A stretch of 63,292 nucleotides of DNA, the filler included, from Octopus bimaculoides (taxonomy: Eukaryota), in NCBI RefSeq assembly GCF_001194135.2. It is 9 parts of 8 records of this genome, joined end to end, with 100 filler letters (N's around TTAATTAATTAA, not from the genome) between each part and the next. Parts side by side here need not be neighbours in the genome. Positions count along the whole stretch, not along the records: positions 9,868 to 28,371 come from NC_068988.1; 8 more parts are not named here. The stretch is one strand, 5' to 3'. Positions 14,129 to 27,400 of this stretch are shown here, one piece after another (the stretch's first letter is position 1; each line of letters begins with the position of its first letter). Position numbers and translations under genes: made by a program. The notes beneath the pieces were generated by a model. It worked only from the letters and a program-made list of their open reading frames with translations, was not told the origin of the DNA and did not search any database.

Positions 14129-14365
14129 TTTATATATATATATATATGTATATATATACATATATATATATTTGGCAGGAGTGGCAACAAAAGAAAGAAA
14201 GAGACCTCGATATTATGCAGATAGAGGAATAACGGTTTTTTAAATAGAATGTGCCGGTAGTTGGATAACTTAAGAGATGACCGGAACGGAACACCGCCCG
14301 GTCATCGGAAACTCGGAGTTTTATCATGGCTACTGAATAAGTGTCACCTATTTTTNNNNNNNNNN

Positions 14366-14396
<31 letters not shown>

Positions 14397-14939
14397 TATA
14401 TACACATGCATATATATATACACATATATATCAGTGTGTGTGTGTGTGTGTGTGAATGTGCTTATATATATATTTATGAAACATCGGCTATGCAGAGATA
14501 TACTGGTGGAAAAGATGTGGTTATTAGCTTACGCAAACGACTGTGTACACCCTCATACATACACACAACCACACGAAGAGCAACAACAAAATCAATGCAA
14601 TAGCAGAACAATTTAGTAATTAGTATTAATTCTAATGAGCACATTTCACATCAAAAATATTAATTATACGTTCTGCGTTAGACATATAATACTCTCGTAA
14701 AATCAGAACGTGTTCTCATTAATTATAGAATATACGAATATAGGCATGTTAGGAATAATTAAAATGCCATGCACCACCTCTTTAAGTTTGTCTGTGTTTC
14801 TCGAAATGTAAGTCTCTATCAGTCTACCTCTCTTCCTTCCCTTTTTCTTTCTTTACGATATTATTACATGTTTCAATCATTGGACTGCGACCATGCTGAA
14901 GCGCTGCCTTGCAATGCTTTCGTCAACCAAATTAACGCC

Positions 14940-15340
14940 AGGAATGGCTGTGTGGTAAGTAGTTCCGGGTTCTGTCCCACATGGTCCCGGGTTCAGTCCC
15001 ACTACGTGGCACCTTGGGTAAGTGTCTTCTACTATAGCCTCGAGCCGACCAAAGGCTTGTGAGTGGATTTGATAGACGAAATCTGAAAGAAGCCCATCGT
15101 ATATATGTGTGTGTGTGCATGTGTGTGGATGTTTGTGTATGTTTGTGTGCGAGTGTTTGTCCCCCATCATCGCTTGACAATCGATGCTGGTGTGTTTACC
15201 TGCCCGTAACCTAGCGGTTCAGCAAAAGTGACGGATAGTATAAGTACTAGGCTTACAAAGAATAAGTCCTGGGGTTGATTTGGTCGACTAAAGACGGAGC
15301 TCCAGTATGGCCGCAGTCAAATGACTAAAACAAGTAAAAA
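14940..15340 (+). mobile_element. tRNA-derived SINE family A
   Basis: A-box-like tggctgtgtggta, B-box-like ggttcagtccc, same body and tail as the other copies. Confidence 0.85.
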
Positions 15341-15647
15341 TAAAAAAGGAAAGCAGTGACTTAGTCACTCCTCCTCATTCAAATATATATATATATATAT
15401 ANNNNNNNNNNNNNNNNNNNNNNNNNNNNNNNNNNNNNNNNNNNNNNNNNNNNNNNNNNNNNNNNNNNNNNNNNNNNNNNNNNNNNNNNNNNNNNNNNNN
15501 NNNNNNNNNNNNNNNNNNNNNNNNNNNNNNNNNNNNNNNNNNNNNNNNNNNNNNNNNNNNNNNNNNNNNNNNNNNNNNNNNNNNNNNNNNNNNNNNATAT
15601 ATGAGGAGGAGTGACTAAGTCACTGATTTCCTTATATATATATATAT

Positions 15648-15830
15648 ATGCGGGTCGCAATGGTTCAGTGGTTGGGGCAACGGTCTCACGGTCGTAGGAT
15701 CGCGGTTCCGATTCCCAGACTGGGTGTTTCGAGTGTTTGTTGAGCGAAAACACATGAGGTTCCGGCAGAGGCTAGTGGCGAACACTTCTGTACTCTTTCA
15801 CTACATATTTCTCTGTTTCTTCCTGTTTCT
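15648..15830 (+). mobile_element. tRNA-derived SINE head
   Basis: A box TGGTTCAGTGG and B-box-like GGTTCCGATTCC followed by a non-tRNA body. Confidence 0.6.
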
Positions 15831-16892
15831 CTTGCACCAATTTATCATTTATCCATTGCTTGCAATTAACTCCATTTGGGGATCTGCTCAAAACAGTCGC
15901 ACTGCCGGTTGTTCTTTCTATTTAAAGTGAATTGCTTAAGGACATTGCATTTGCAGAGGTGTATTTAACAATACTTTTTAATTAAAGTATTCTCATTATT
16001 TGCTCTGGTTAATTCTAGAAGACATTTTATGTCATTAATCGCAATTTTTGAACTACAAAATATCGGCTGCATTGAAAATATTTTTGTTTGTTTGTTTGTT
16101 TTTTTTTTGTTTTTTTTGGCATTTCCTATCTATATCACTCATTGATAATTTCATACATATTCGCATTTGATACTATAGTTTAAAAAAAATGTTTATTATT
16201 GCAATTGAATAGAAAAGGATATTTTATTTTTTCAGCGATCTCCATTTGGGACTTTTCGAAAAAAATATCATAATTTCCAAATAATTTACATAAGAAGAAA
16301 ATTTAAATACTATATATAATTTTAATTCCTAAAACATCTGACAAAGCCAAAAATATATAAATAAGAAAATTAGGCAGTTTTCATGGGATAAACTGAAATA
16401 TTACTCAGTAAGTTTTGCAGAACTTCTATTTATCATACATTTACAAGAAGGGTGATGGCAACTTCAACGTTTCGCCTTGTTAATCTTCGTCGGATACAGC
16501 AGAATACTGTAGACTTTCAGTTTAACTGCTTCCATTCAGGATACGAAAGTATAGGAACTATTAACAAAAGTACCGCACTGTGAGATGAGACATGTCACTG
16601 CATGCATGTGAATTAAACGCCTTAACCACACAGCCAGTTATATACAAACTATTATAGAGGTGATGTACAGTAGATATTAATTGTTAGGTGTGGCTAGTCA
16701 CATATATCAATCTTTATCTATCTATACTTTGCCAAAAATAATTCCTACATTCTCATTTAAACATCTGAAGCATTTCGTTATAAGCGGGGGGCAGAGAGTG
16801 TTTTATCTCTATAGGCACACACATATACATACATACACATCATATATATATGTATCTCTTTGCGTGTGTGCGTGCGTGCGTGCGTGTGTGTG

Positions 16893-16926
<34 letters not shown>

Positions 16927-17747
16927 NNNNNNNNNNNNNNNNNNNNNNNNNNNNNNNNNNNNNNNNNNNNNNNNNNNNNNNNNNNNNNNNNNNNNNNNNN
17001 NNNNNNNNNNNNNNNNNNNNNNNNNNNNNNNNNNNNNNNNNNNNNNNNNNNNNNNNNNNNNNNNNNNNNNNNNNNNNNNNNNNNNNNNNNNNNNNNNNNN
17101 NNNNNNNNNNNNNNNNNNNNNNNNNNNNNNNNNNNNNNNNNNNNNNNNNNNNNNNNNNNNNNNNNNNNNNNNNNNNNNNNNNNNNNNNNNNNNNNNNNNN
17201 NNNNNNNNNNNNNNNNNNNNNNNNNNNNNNNNNNNNNNNNNNNNNNNNNNNNNNNNNNNNNNNNNNNNNNNNNNNNNNNNNNNNNNNNNNNNNNNNNNNN
17301 NNNNNNNNNNNNNNNNNNNNNNNNNNNNNNNNNNNNNNNNNNNNNNNNNNNNNNNNNNNNNNNNNNNNNNNNNNNNNNNNNNNNNNNNNNNNNNNNNNNN
17401 NNNNNNNNNNNNNNNNNNNNNNNNNNNNNNNNNNNNNNNNNNNNNNNNNNNNNNNNNNNNNNNNNNNNNNNNNNNNNNNNNNNNNNNNNNNNNNNNNNNN
17501 NNNNNNNNNNNNNNNNNNNNNNNNNNNNNNNNNNNNNNNNNNNNNNNNNNNNNNNNNNNNNNNNNNNNNNNNNNNNNNNNNNNNNNNNNNNNNNNNNNNN
17601 NNNNNNNNNNNNNNNNNNNNNNNNNNNNNNNNNNNNNNNNNNNNNNNNNNNNNNNNNNNNNNNNNNNNNNNNNNNNNNNNNNNNNNNNNNNNNNNNNNNN
17701 NNNNNNNNNNNNNNNNNNNNNNNNNNNNNNNNNNNNNNNNNNNNNNN

Positions 17748-17803
<56 letters not shown>

Positions 17804-17929
17804 AAGGTGTTTACCGTGTAATTTTATAATTTTGCATCGTGTAATATCCGAAATTAATAATGCGAATTAGGCAGCTTTATCTAAAACTACATAACAGAAA
17901 AATTAGGGTATAAGATCATCTGATGAATT

Positions 17930-18588
17930 CTTACAGGTTTTTTAGGAGAATTCAGTTCTATGGGTACCATGCTTATCATATAGGTAGAAAGTTCATTCAC
18001 CGTCTCCGAGGTAGAATCGATAGAAATCATATTTAAAAAAAAATACACATAGCGTCTAAAGCTCAAGCAAATTTTGTGCCCACGAAATAATTTTGACAAA
18101 CAAGTATACAGTGAAGCCAATGGTTCCACTTCTGGAACTACTTGTGCAGCATTCGACATATGCACGACAGAGAAGAGAATCAAACCAAAACATAAAGACT
18201 ACATATGTCGAAGAAATATTAATGATAGTGGATATATTAATACATTGAGTGCCAAGGGGAAATGTGTAAATCGTGGTCTTTTCAAATTCGTATAGCATTT
18301 CAGTTGTATACAATATCTATATACAATTCATTGCTCGATGAGAAAACATGTATACATATATTGTATAGAGGGCACTCAATGTGTTAAAGGATGTTGAGAA
18401 ACCAAAAGAATACTTATAAAAGAACTTCATCCTAAAATTTAACGTGCAGGATTATATATCTGTGAGGCTTCATTTCTAGACATATACAGAGATTAAAGAA
18501 AAACGATCAGATGCATTAGGTCGGTATTCAACAACGAATCAAACCAAAACATATACCTGCAAGAAAGGAGTGAATGCTCACACATCTA
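17930..18588 (+). mobile_element. Decayed Penelope-like element, RT portion (5' half of an interrupted copy)
   Basis: Translation VESSFTVSEVESIEII..LKQILCPRNNFDKQVYSEANG..ICRRNINDSGYI resembles PLE RT motifs (VESLFTNVP, YKQxxG, RYVDD) in degenerate form. Confidence 0.65.
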
Positions 18589-19493
18589 CAAGGTGGGTGG
18601 AAAGTAACTGGGCATTAGAAATTGCTTATAAATTTTTTAGTATCACTGACGTCATGACGAAAACATTTTTTAAATAGACAACACTAATGGCGATTTCTTA
18701 TTTTCTTATTGTCTTATTTCTTATTTTCCCGATGGCCGGTCGCTTGATTGTTCAGGAACGAGCTGAGATAGCAGTACGCTAAGAAGTGTGGAATTCTATT
18801 GAATTGGTTCAGAGATTGTGGCATGCATGGAAAGGTACGCATGCAACACTACGTCCGGAGACAATAAAAAGTTCTCATGCAACGCTGATGACCACGGGCT
18901 CTGTGAACGATGCAAGAAAGAAATGACCGTCCAACCACATCCCGATCAGCGGAGATCGTGGCAACAGTGCAAGAAATATTCAATCGCAGCCCGCAAAGAT
19001 CAACACGTCAAGTAACTCGTGAAAGTAGACTAACAAGACACACAATACGTACTGTGTTGCATAAAGAATTGAATTTTCGTCCGTGGAAACCCCATTACGT
19101 GCAGGAGCTAGAACCTGAAGACTAAGACCGCAGAAGTCCAGAAGTCCAGAACACCAAGAAGACCAGATCTCACGCCATGTGACATTTACTTCTGGGGTTA
19201 CACAAAAGAGGAAGTGTACAAGACAAAATCTCGCAGACTGGAGGTTTTGGAGACACAGATTCAGGAGGTTTTCAATGATATACCAAATGACGTCCTTCAG
19301 AAGGTTGTTCATTCCATCCCTGGTCGTTTGAGGAAACTGTTTGACGCCACTGGATCTTACGATGAAATATGAAGATTTACTTTCATTTTCCCATGTAAAA
19401 AAGAAAAATGTATCATTCGTATCAATGAATTTGTAAAAAGAATATGGATTTTATTACCAATCTTTAAAGCCTTCTTTCTTTTCGCTTACTCTG
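18589..19493 (+). mobile_element. Internally deleted Tc1/mariner-superfamily transposon inserted in the PLE
   Basis: TA on both sides and degenerate TIRs. Transposase pieces MAGRLIVQERAEIA, KPHYVQELEPED and RPDLTPCDIYFWGYTKEEVY..PGRLRKLFDATG; the catalytic middle is missing. Confidence 0.85.
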
Positions 19494-20000
19494 TACAAGA
19501 TGTACGTTGTAAAATCTCTGTTCAGAAGCACATTTGTATCGCTGTCCACAAAGAATGTACCAGTCAAAAGTTTCGAGACAAAAAAACATATTAAGCAACA
19601 AAAAGTAATAATGGCTATTTCAACAGACTTGTAGACGGAGCTATATAAGAATACAATGTAACGCAGCAAATACATCAAAGACTACACTTAATAAAAGTAC
19701 ACAAATCACACATGAAATTTAGTATATGAATCAAATACTTATAAAACAACGAACAGACGAATATATAATCAAAATTCTCATAAAGTGGAACACAAAATAC
19801 ATTACACCTGACCATAATTATATTGTACAAAAACCAAAATTCTTCTAATCAATAACACACTACAGGTATGTAAACCCGACAAAAAGTAACTGGTACCAAT
19901 GTCACTTACAGATTCGATAGTAAAACTGTAAGTTGTAAACATCATGACTCTAGAGCTTACATTGGTCTTACTTGTACAATCCACTCACGTTAGTTCACCA
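19494..20000 (+). mobile_element. Decayed Penelope-like element, thumb and GIY-YIG portion (3' half)
   Basis: NVTYRFDSKTVSCKHHDSRAYIGLTCTIHSR*FTM at about 19897-20000 matches GIY-YIG (VY..YIG..R..H). The frame joins the 5' half across the TA. Confidence 0.7.
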
Positions 20001-20179
20001 TGCTTTTACAAAAAGGAACAGTAAAAAATACTATACCAAAAACAACGAAACATAGGTAGAAAAACACTAGAAGATAATATCTACATAGTGTATATATGCT
20101 ACTTCTACATTTATTATTTAATTAACATTATTGTTATTCGTTACCATTGTTCTTCTTAATAATAGTTCATTGACTGGAA

Positions 20180-21400
20180 TCCTATTCTTCCACCCTCCTC
20201 TTTCATTCTGACTGTATTCGTGTGTGTGTACTTATGTGAACATTTGTGGTTGTGCTTAGGTCCACTGAAGTCTGTATGGGGAGGTATGGCCTTAATCGTA
20301 TTCCCCCTCCACCCCATCACGCCTCTCTTTTGTTCTACTATAATAATTTAATTGTACTTATTTGCATACAGGACTATATAGGAGCCTGTACTTTGTTGAA
20401 CTTTAGCTAAAAATGCTGGCGAATTGGTCGACTGGATTATGTTGCCTAACAGCCCACCCGCATCGGTTTACTAAAACATATGTATGCTATATAAAATATA
20501 TAATATTAGTTATGTTTTCTGTGTTCCCTTTTCTGTGTGTTGGCGCGGCTTATACCTTTTTTAAAAGAATTACCTTCAGTCACATCTACATTGTATTCAT
20601 TGTAATAAAGCTTCCTCTGATGAAAGAAACATCTGTTTCAAATAATTTTGTTTCAGGATTGGATTTGGCAATATTTGTATTTATATTTTTCAGTATGAAA
20701 GAAGGGACATTGCTTATGGCTACTGTAATGCCTCCGAAACTGACGACTTTGATACCGTTAATGTTCTATTTGAGAACGAGCAAGAAAGACATGAGCAAGG
20801 GAGTTAGAGTCACTGATAGCGATGTGAAATAAACGATGAACGGGTCGGGGAGCTTGATTAGTATAGATAAGTGTCTAGAAAGCTTCGATTAACTGACGCC
20901 TTTATAGTAAAGATAGAAACACGTAGCGAGAGAAGAGATAGCAAGCCTGGAGCCAGGAATTGCAGTGTGTCCACTAGTGATTGAATACTAATTCACTGAG
21001 TGATATTTCGGTGGATGGGTCCAGAATGTCTGTGTGCGTAGCAGTATGATTATAACAGAGGAGGGTACAATACTCCGTTGTTGAGCCTTGTAAAGCGTCA
21101 GTAACTGTTGGAGCTGAAATAATTCCTACCCTGAAGAGTAGGGCCTGTTTTGCTGATGCGGTCTTAGCTATGCAGAGGATGTACTTTCGAGAGGAAAAAT
21201 TATTACTAATTCTGAAAGCTGACATTTGAATGATCCATGTTGATGGAGTTCTTTCTGTTGGCCTTGGGCATTTCAAACGCCGGGAGGTATGTCCGCATTT
21301 GACGTTTGTATGAAGAATGGGAGAATATGGTGTAATGGGATGGATTAACAGGGATTTTTCCAAGGATGTCTTAACCTCATTTAAAATATGGTTGATTGTG
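20180..21400 (-). mobile_element. Highly decayed non-LTR retrotransposon fragment, possibly RNase H-bearing (I/R1/LOA-like)
   Basis: Weak motifs only: GIISAPTVTDALQ (cf. ITGAxRTTPTxAL) and GN..VDQFA (cf. GNExADxLA), with many stops. Confidence 0.35.
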
Positions 21401-22407
21401 TTATAAGAGTATCGTTTTGAAATGAAAGCTGTAAGTCAGATGAATGTTAAATAATAAACAGTCTTATTTGTATCAATGGCATATTAGAAAATGTTTATCT
21501 GCTAATTTTAGTGACATTTTAACAATATTTGAATAATACTTTAAGGAAAAAGTTGTGATACAAAGAAAAAAAAAACGATAAATACTCATTCTTAAGAACA
21601 TTAATGACAGAGTTAGCCATCTTGATTCTTATTTTATTTTATATTTTGTATATGTTTTTCTACCGGAACTTCTGCACAAACAATTTATATAACGTGTATA
21701 CTTTAGTAAACTATTTGGATTTTGTTGTCTCACGCTTCTTGGCTCAATTACGCATAAAACCCGAGGCTGCAAAATGTTATCATAAACCTGAACGGATGTT
21801 TTTATTATATATGCGTTTTATTATATACGCCTTTACTTGAATTTATATAACAATATATGTGCATACATGTCCTTATTCATTTCTATATACATAAATATGT
21901 GAATACATGCATGAATGCTCTGTGTATATATCATATATGCATGGATACTGTGTACATATATTATATATACATATTGTGTGCGTGTGTGTTTGTATATTAT
22001 ATAATTGCGTTTCGATGTATTGTTGTGTGCTTACGTAAGTGTTACGTTTAAAACATCCTTGTGACAAAATATTTGCTCGCAGGCTCTAATTTCTGTTATA
22101 AATCGAGAGATGTTTACATTGTTATTATACATCGTATGACCTTGGCCTGTCGAATATTCAGGCTTATTAAAAAAAAGTTCCTGCTTCTCTATAATTATAT
22201 GGCATATGCCTCTGTGTTATAATATGATAGTCTTTTGCCGCCGTGTGATACATGTATTAGAGTTTCTGCAGAGAAGGATAATCAAAAATATGTAAATAAA
22301 AAAAATATTTCAAGGTTACAGGTGTACATGTTTTTTTTCTTTGAATCGGTTCCTACCAACCCATTAAGTTTAGCTTCACACGCACACACACACAAACACA
22401 CACACAC

Positions 22408-22523
<116 letters not shown>

Positions 22524-22567
22524 GTTACTGTGTATTTAAATAATTTTATATATGATATAAACACATA

Positions 22568-22793
22568 CAGTAATCTCTCGCCATATCGCGGTTCACCTAT
22601 CGCGGTTTATTATTTAAGCTTACGTCGATTCCTCCGTGGTGTTGTTTTGCCTTTATAATAAAATAAATATATACAAATTGTAAAAATAATTTTAAAGAAT
22701 ATATACAGCATAGTACTGTTTCTACTTCGCGGATTTTCACCTATCGCGCGGGGGGTTTGAAACGTAACACTCGCGATAGTCGAGGGATTATTG
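22568..22793. mobile_element. pogo/Tigger-type MITE (226 bp)
   Basis: TA|CAGTAATCTCTCG ... CGAGGGATTATTG|TA, with internal repeated ttcacctatcgcg. Confidence 0.85.
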
Positions 22794-23572
22794 TATAGAT
22801 GTACACACGTGTGTGTGTGTATGTATGAGCATACATAATTATGCTTGGATGTGCCGATATATACGGGCATAGATTATTCCGAAATATGATCAATCGGGAC
22901 ATTTCTGTAAAAGTAACTGACTGAAATCATTGTTTTGCCCTCTTGTGTATTATCCCGTAAGAAGGTATTTTTTATATTCCTTTTTGCCGTTCACTGCCGT
23001 GGCCTACTTTCTTAACGATTTAACGTTTTACTTTACATATGTCACTACTTTCAATAACAGCCTGTCATTTCAAGAACTTGCAATTGAAAAAAACATGTGT
23101 AACTACATACCGAAATAGATCTATCTCCTAGAAACCTAATGATGACCCGAATTAGAATATATATATGCATACACGGAAATAATTTTAGTATGTTAGGCTC
23201 GTTTCATTTTCATTTCATTACATGGGTGTAGAGTCCCTCACTAACACTGGGCCTATTGTATCCTCGGACACCAGCATGAATATTTCTAAGTCCTGGGCCT
23301 CATATGCTAGTTCATCTATAGCTGAGAACCTAAGAAGTGTTACGTACTACGAAATGACGTTCATGTATGTATATACATGCATATTTATATTTATATATAT
23401 ACATATATATATATACATGCAACATATACATTCCGGTATTATAAATGTATTCTCATAAAAGCCATTGTATGTTGCCGAATGGTATCGTGTTAAAAGATAC
23501 CACTTCAAGCTTGTGAGTTGTGTAGGCGGTCGTGCTATGTGTTTAGATACATACATAAATATGTTTGTGTGC

Positions 23573-23621
<49 letters not shown>

Positions 23622-24088
23622 NNNNNNNNNNNNNNNNNNNNNNNNNNNNNNNNNNNNNNNNNNNNNNNNNNNNNNNNNNNNNNNNNNNNNNNNNNNNNNN
23701 NNNNNNNNNNNNNNNNNNNNNNNNNNNNNNNNNNNNNNNNNNNNNNNNNNNNNNNNNNNNNNNNNNNNNNNNNNNNNNNNNNNNNNNNNNNNNNNNNNNN
23801 NNNNNNNNNNNNNNNNNNNNNNNNNNNNNNNNNNNNNNNNNNNNNNNNNNNNNNNNNNNNNNNNNNNNNNNNNNNNNNNNNNNNNNNNNNNNNNNNNNNN
23901 NNNNNNNNNNNNNNNNNNNNNNNNNNNNNNNNNNNNNNNNNNNNNNNNNNNNNNNNNNNNNNNNNNNNNNNNNNNNNNNNNNNNNNNNNNNNNNNNNNNN
24001 NNNNNNNNNNNNNNNNNNNNNNNNNNNNNNNNNNATATATATATACGTATGTATATATATATATATATGTATGTATGTATATATATAT

Positions 24089-24129
<41 letters not shown>

Positions 24130-25316
24130 AGTGGATGGACACTGAATGATGGTTAGAGAGAAACACTGAGGCACACGAATGCCTGCATTCGTACAACTAT
24201 AACCATGCCACCTTTTGTTTATTTTGTCGAACTTTAGTAGAGAAAACGTAAGAAATGCAGCAATGCGTTTACAGAACACACACTATAAGTATGATATTGT
24301 CATTATTGATAAATGCTTATGATGAAGCATGAAATGATGGTTAGATATATGAAACCACTAATGTCAATCAGGCAAAAGCTCACACACGAAGACACATACG
24401 TCCATATATACAAACGTACATACATAATATATATATACATACATACAGACATACATACATGCATTCACACTTGCATGTATACATATGTATAAATATACTT
24501 ACACATATGCATACACACACACGTATATGTATATATGTATATACATGTCAATGTATAGATGCGCACACATACACACATGCACACATGCACACATGCACAC
24601 ATAGGTATATTTATATGCATACCTATATAAATGTATATTGATGCATAGATATTATGTATTTATATACACACACATACATATGTATACACACACATAGGTA
24701 AATATATGGATAAACAAATAGATATAGTTATATAAGTGAGAATTTATACCTACAGAAAACATATATTAATACACTCACACACACCCACACACGCGCACAC
24801 ACCGATACTCACAAACACATACACATACTGAAAAGCGCAAAACATATTCAGATTTATACACACACATACGCACACTCAGAACCACAAACACGTGTACATT
24901 CAAACACACACAATCACACACACATGCACACATGTTTATTGTACGTACATACACATATGCATGTATTATGTAATTGCGTTTCGGTCGACGCAATACATAC
25001 ATATGCGTTACATTTAATACATCCTTGTGTTCAAGTATGCTTCAGGATTCCAATTTCCTTTATAAATACACCGATGTTTACACTGCTATTATACTTCACG
25101 TGACCTTGTCACGTCGACGTGTCAGTCTTACAAAAATAGCTTCTGCTCTAATATTATATATAATTGAATACTTCTGTGCGTGTGGGAAAAAGTGCGTAAG
25201 TGCTTTTGTCCCAGTGTTCGTGTGAATGTTCGTGGGTTCACAACGCATGATGATAATAAATTGATACACAAAATGAATAGGTGGATATGTACCTATATTC
25301 ACAATTGGTGTGTGTA

Positions 25317-25362
<46 letters not shown>

Positions 25363-26094
25363 NNNNNNNNNNNNNNNNNNNNNNNNNNNNNNNNNNNNNN
25401 NNNNNNNNNNNNNNNNNNNNNNNNNNNNNNNNNNNNNNNNNNNNNNNNNNNNNNNNNNNNNNNNNNNNNNNNNNNNNNNNNNNNNNNNNNNNNNNNNNNN
25501 NNNNNNNNNNNNNNNNNNNNNNNNNNNNNNNNNNNNNNNNNNNNNNNNNNNNNNNNNNNNNNNNNNNNNNNNNNNNNNNNNNNNNNNNNNNNNNNNNNNN
25601 NNNNNNNNNNNNNNNNNNNNNNNNNNNNNNNNNNNNNNNNNNNNNNNNNNNNNNNNNNNNNNNNNNNNNNNNNNNNNNNNNNNNNNNNNNNNNNNNNNNN
25701 NNNNNNNNNNNNNNNNNNNNNNNNNNNNNNNNNNNNNNNNNNNNNNNNNNNNNNNNNNNNNNNNNNNNNNNNNNNNNNNNNNNNNNNNNNNNNNNNNNNN
25801 NNNNNNNNNNNNNNNNNNNNNNNNNNNNNNNNNNNNNNNNNNNNNNNNNNNNNNNNNNNNNNNNNNNNNNNNNNNNNNNNNNNNNNNNNNNNNNTGGAAC
25901 CTTGTATCTTTGTTGGAAGCCGCCCCGCCCCCTCAGTGGAAGATTTATAATAATTAAAAAAAATAGAAGAGACATACATACATGGTGGACTCGCTCGTCG
26001 AAAACAACGAATGAGGATTCAGCTATTGCCGAACGACCTGCTCAAATGAATTGCTCGTGCGGCGCATTAGCTCGCTCGCTCCATCAAATCGACT

Positions 26095-26207
26095 TTGTCT
26101 GAAGAGATGAAGTGTTTTACTCAAGAACACAACGCACCACCCGGTCTAGGAATTGAAACCACGATCTCGCAATCGTGAGTCCAAAACCCTAACCACTACG
26201 CCATGCG
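26095..26207 (-). mobile_element. tRNA-derived SINE family B head
   Basis: Reverse complement TGGCGTAGTGGTT..GTGGTTTCAATTCC..gttgtgttcttgagtaaaacactt; same body as the 53255 copy. Confidence 0.7.
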
Positions 26208-26329
26208 TATGTTTGTATGTATGTATGTATGTATGTATTTACAAATAATAATATAAATAATATATAAATATATGCATATATACATACATATATGTACATA
26301 CCTACATATATATGTATATATACATGCAT

Positions 26330-26563
26330 ATATGGGTACAGGACATCACAAAAAACGTTAAACACAATGAGAAACGAAACCATAAAAACGAAAACATAGT
26401 AAACGAACTTTTTTCGAACAAGGAAAAATACAAAGAGAGAAACGAGACATGCAACATAAAGAATATACCCCTTCTTCAGTTGTCCCTGTTACATTTACTC
26501 CACGTTTTGAAGGTAAGGACAATACGTGAATTCGTTGAAACAGTCCTTCCCGCAAAGCAAATT
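26330..26563 (+). repeat. Interspersed repeat shared with both arms of the 36914-38700 inverted duplication (unclassified, Penelope pLTR-like)
   Basis: atatgggtacaggac(a/g)tcac..ttcccgcaaa(g/c)caaa recurs at about 36983-37095 and, inverted, at 38455-38630. It is cut by an N gap. Confidence 0.6.
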
Positions 26564-27119
26564 ANNNNNNNNNNNNNNNNNNNNNNNNNNNNNNNNNNNN
26601 NNNNNNNNNNNNNNNNNNNNNNNNNNNNNNNNNNNNNNNNNNNNNNNNNNNNNNNNNNNNNNNNNNNNNNNNNNNNNNNNNNNNNNNNNNNNNNNNNNNN
26701 NNNNNNNNNNNNNNNNNNNNNNNNNNNNNNNNNNNNNNNNNNNNNNNNNNNNNNNNNNNNNNNNNNNNNNNNNNNNNNNNNNNNNNNNNNNNNNNNNNNN
26801 NNNNNNNNNNNNNNNNNNNNNNNNNNNNNNNNNNNNNNNNNNNNNNNNNNNNNNNNNNNNNNNNNNNNNNNNNNNNNNNNNNNNNNNNNNNNNNNNNNNN
26901 NNNNNNNNNNNNNNNNNNNNNNNNNNNNNNNNNNNNNNNNNNNNNNNNNNNNNNNNNNNNNNNNNNNNNNNNNNNNNNNNNNNNNNNNNNNNNNNNNNNN
27001 NNNNNNNNNNNNNNNNNNNNNNNNNNNNNNNNNNNNNNNNNNNNNNNNNNNNNNGACAAAACTTACTTGGAAAAGTATGCGTGGCATTCGATCATAGAAT
27101 AATATAAATAATATATAAA

Positions 27120-27400
27120 GTGCAGGCCTGGTGAGCATCAAAATTCTCATAGATCTCGACCCACGATAAACAATCATGTGGCTATTAAAATTCAGAATAG
27201 AACGTGTGTAAAATGTGGAAGGGTGTGTCTCTCAGGTGGAGGTCTAAAAAGACATGTTACGAGAGTGCATATGGTGGCACGTGTTTCTCCTGCCAGCCAG
27301 CACAGTTGTCTTCGTATGTAATAAAATGTGTAAAAACTTGGCCAGGCTTGAAAGTCATATAACGGCATCACATGGCAACAAACAATCATGAATCATTTCA
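27120..27400 (+). mobile_element. LINE 3' end with two C2H2 zinc-finger remnants (RTE-like)
   Basis: TCVKCGRVCLSGGGLKRHVTRVH, then after a frameshift C.VCNKMCKNLARLESHITASH; followed by a microsatellite tail. Confidence 0.6.

Noticed and set aside
14276-14306. 9-bp GC-rich hairpin (gatgaccgg/ccggtcatc) as a terminator or Helitron end
   Set aside because: No U-tract or correctly spaced CTRR, and no second supporting feature.
15354-15625. Perfect 25-bp inverted repeat flanking an N gap
   Set aside because: Identical sequence mirrored across a gap next to (TA)n is as likely to be an assembly fold-back as a real structure; it cannot be judged here.
14940-15720. tRNA genes at A/B-box motifs
   Set aside because: The boxes run into SINE bodies, and no complete cloverleaf with an acceptor stem could be built.
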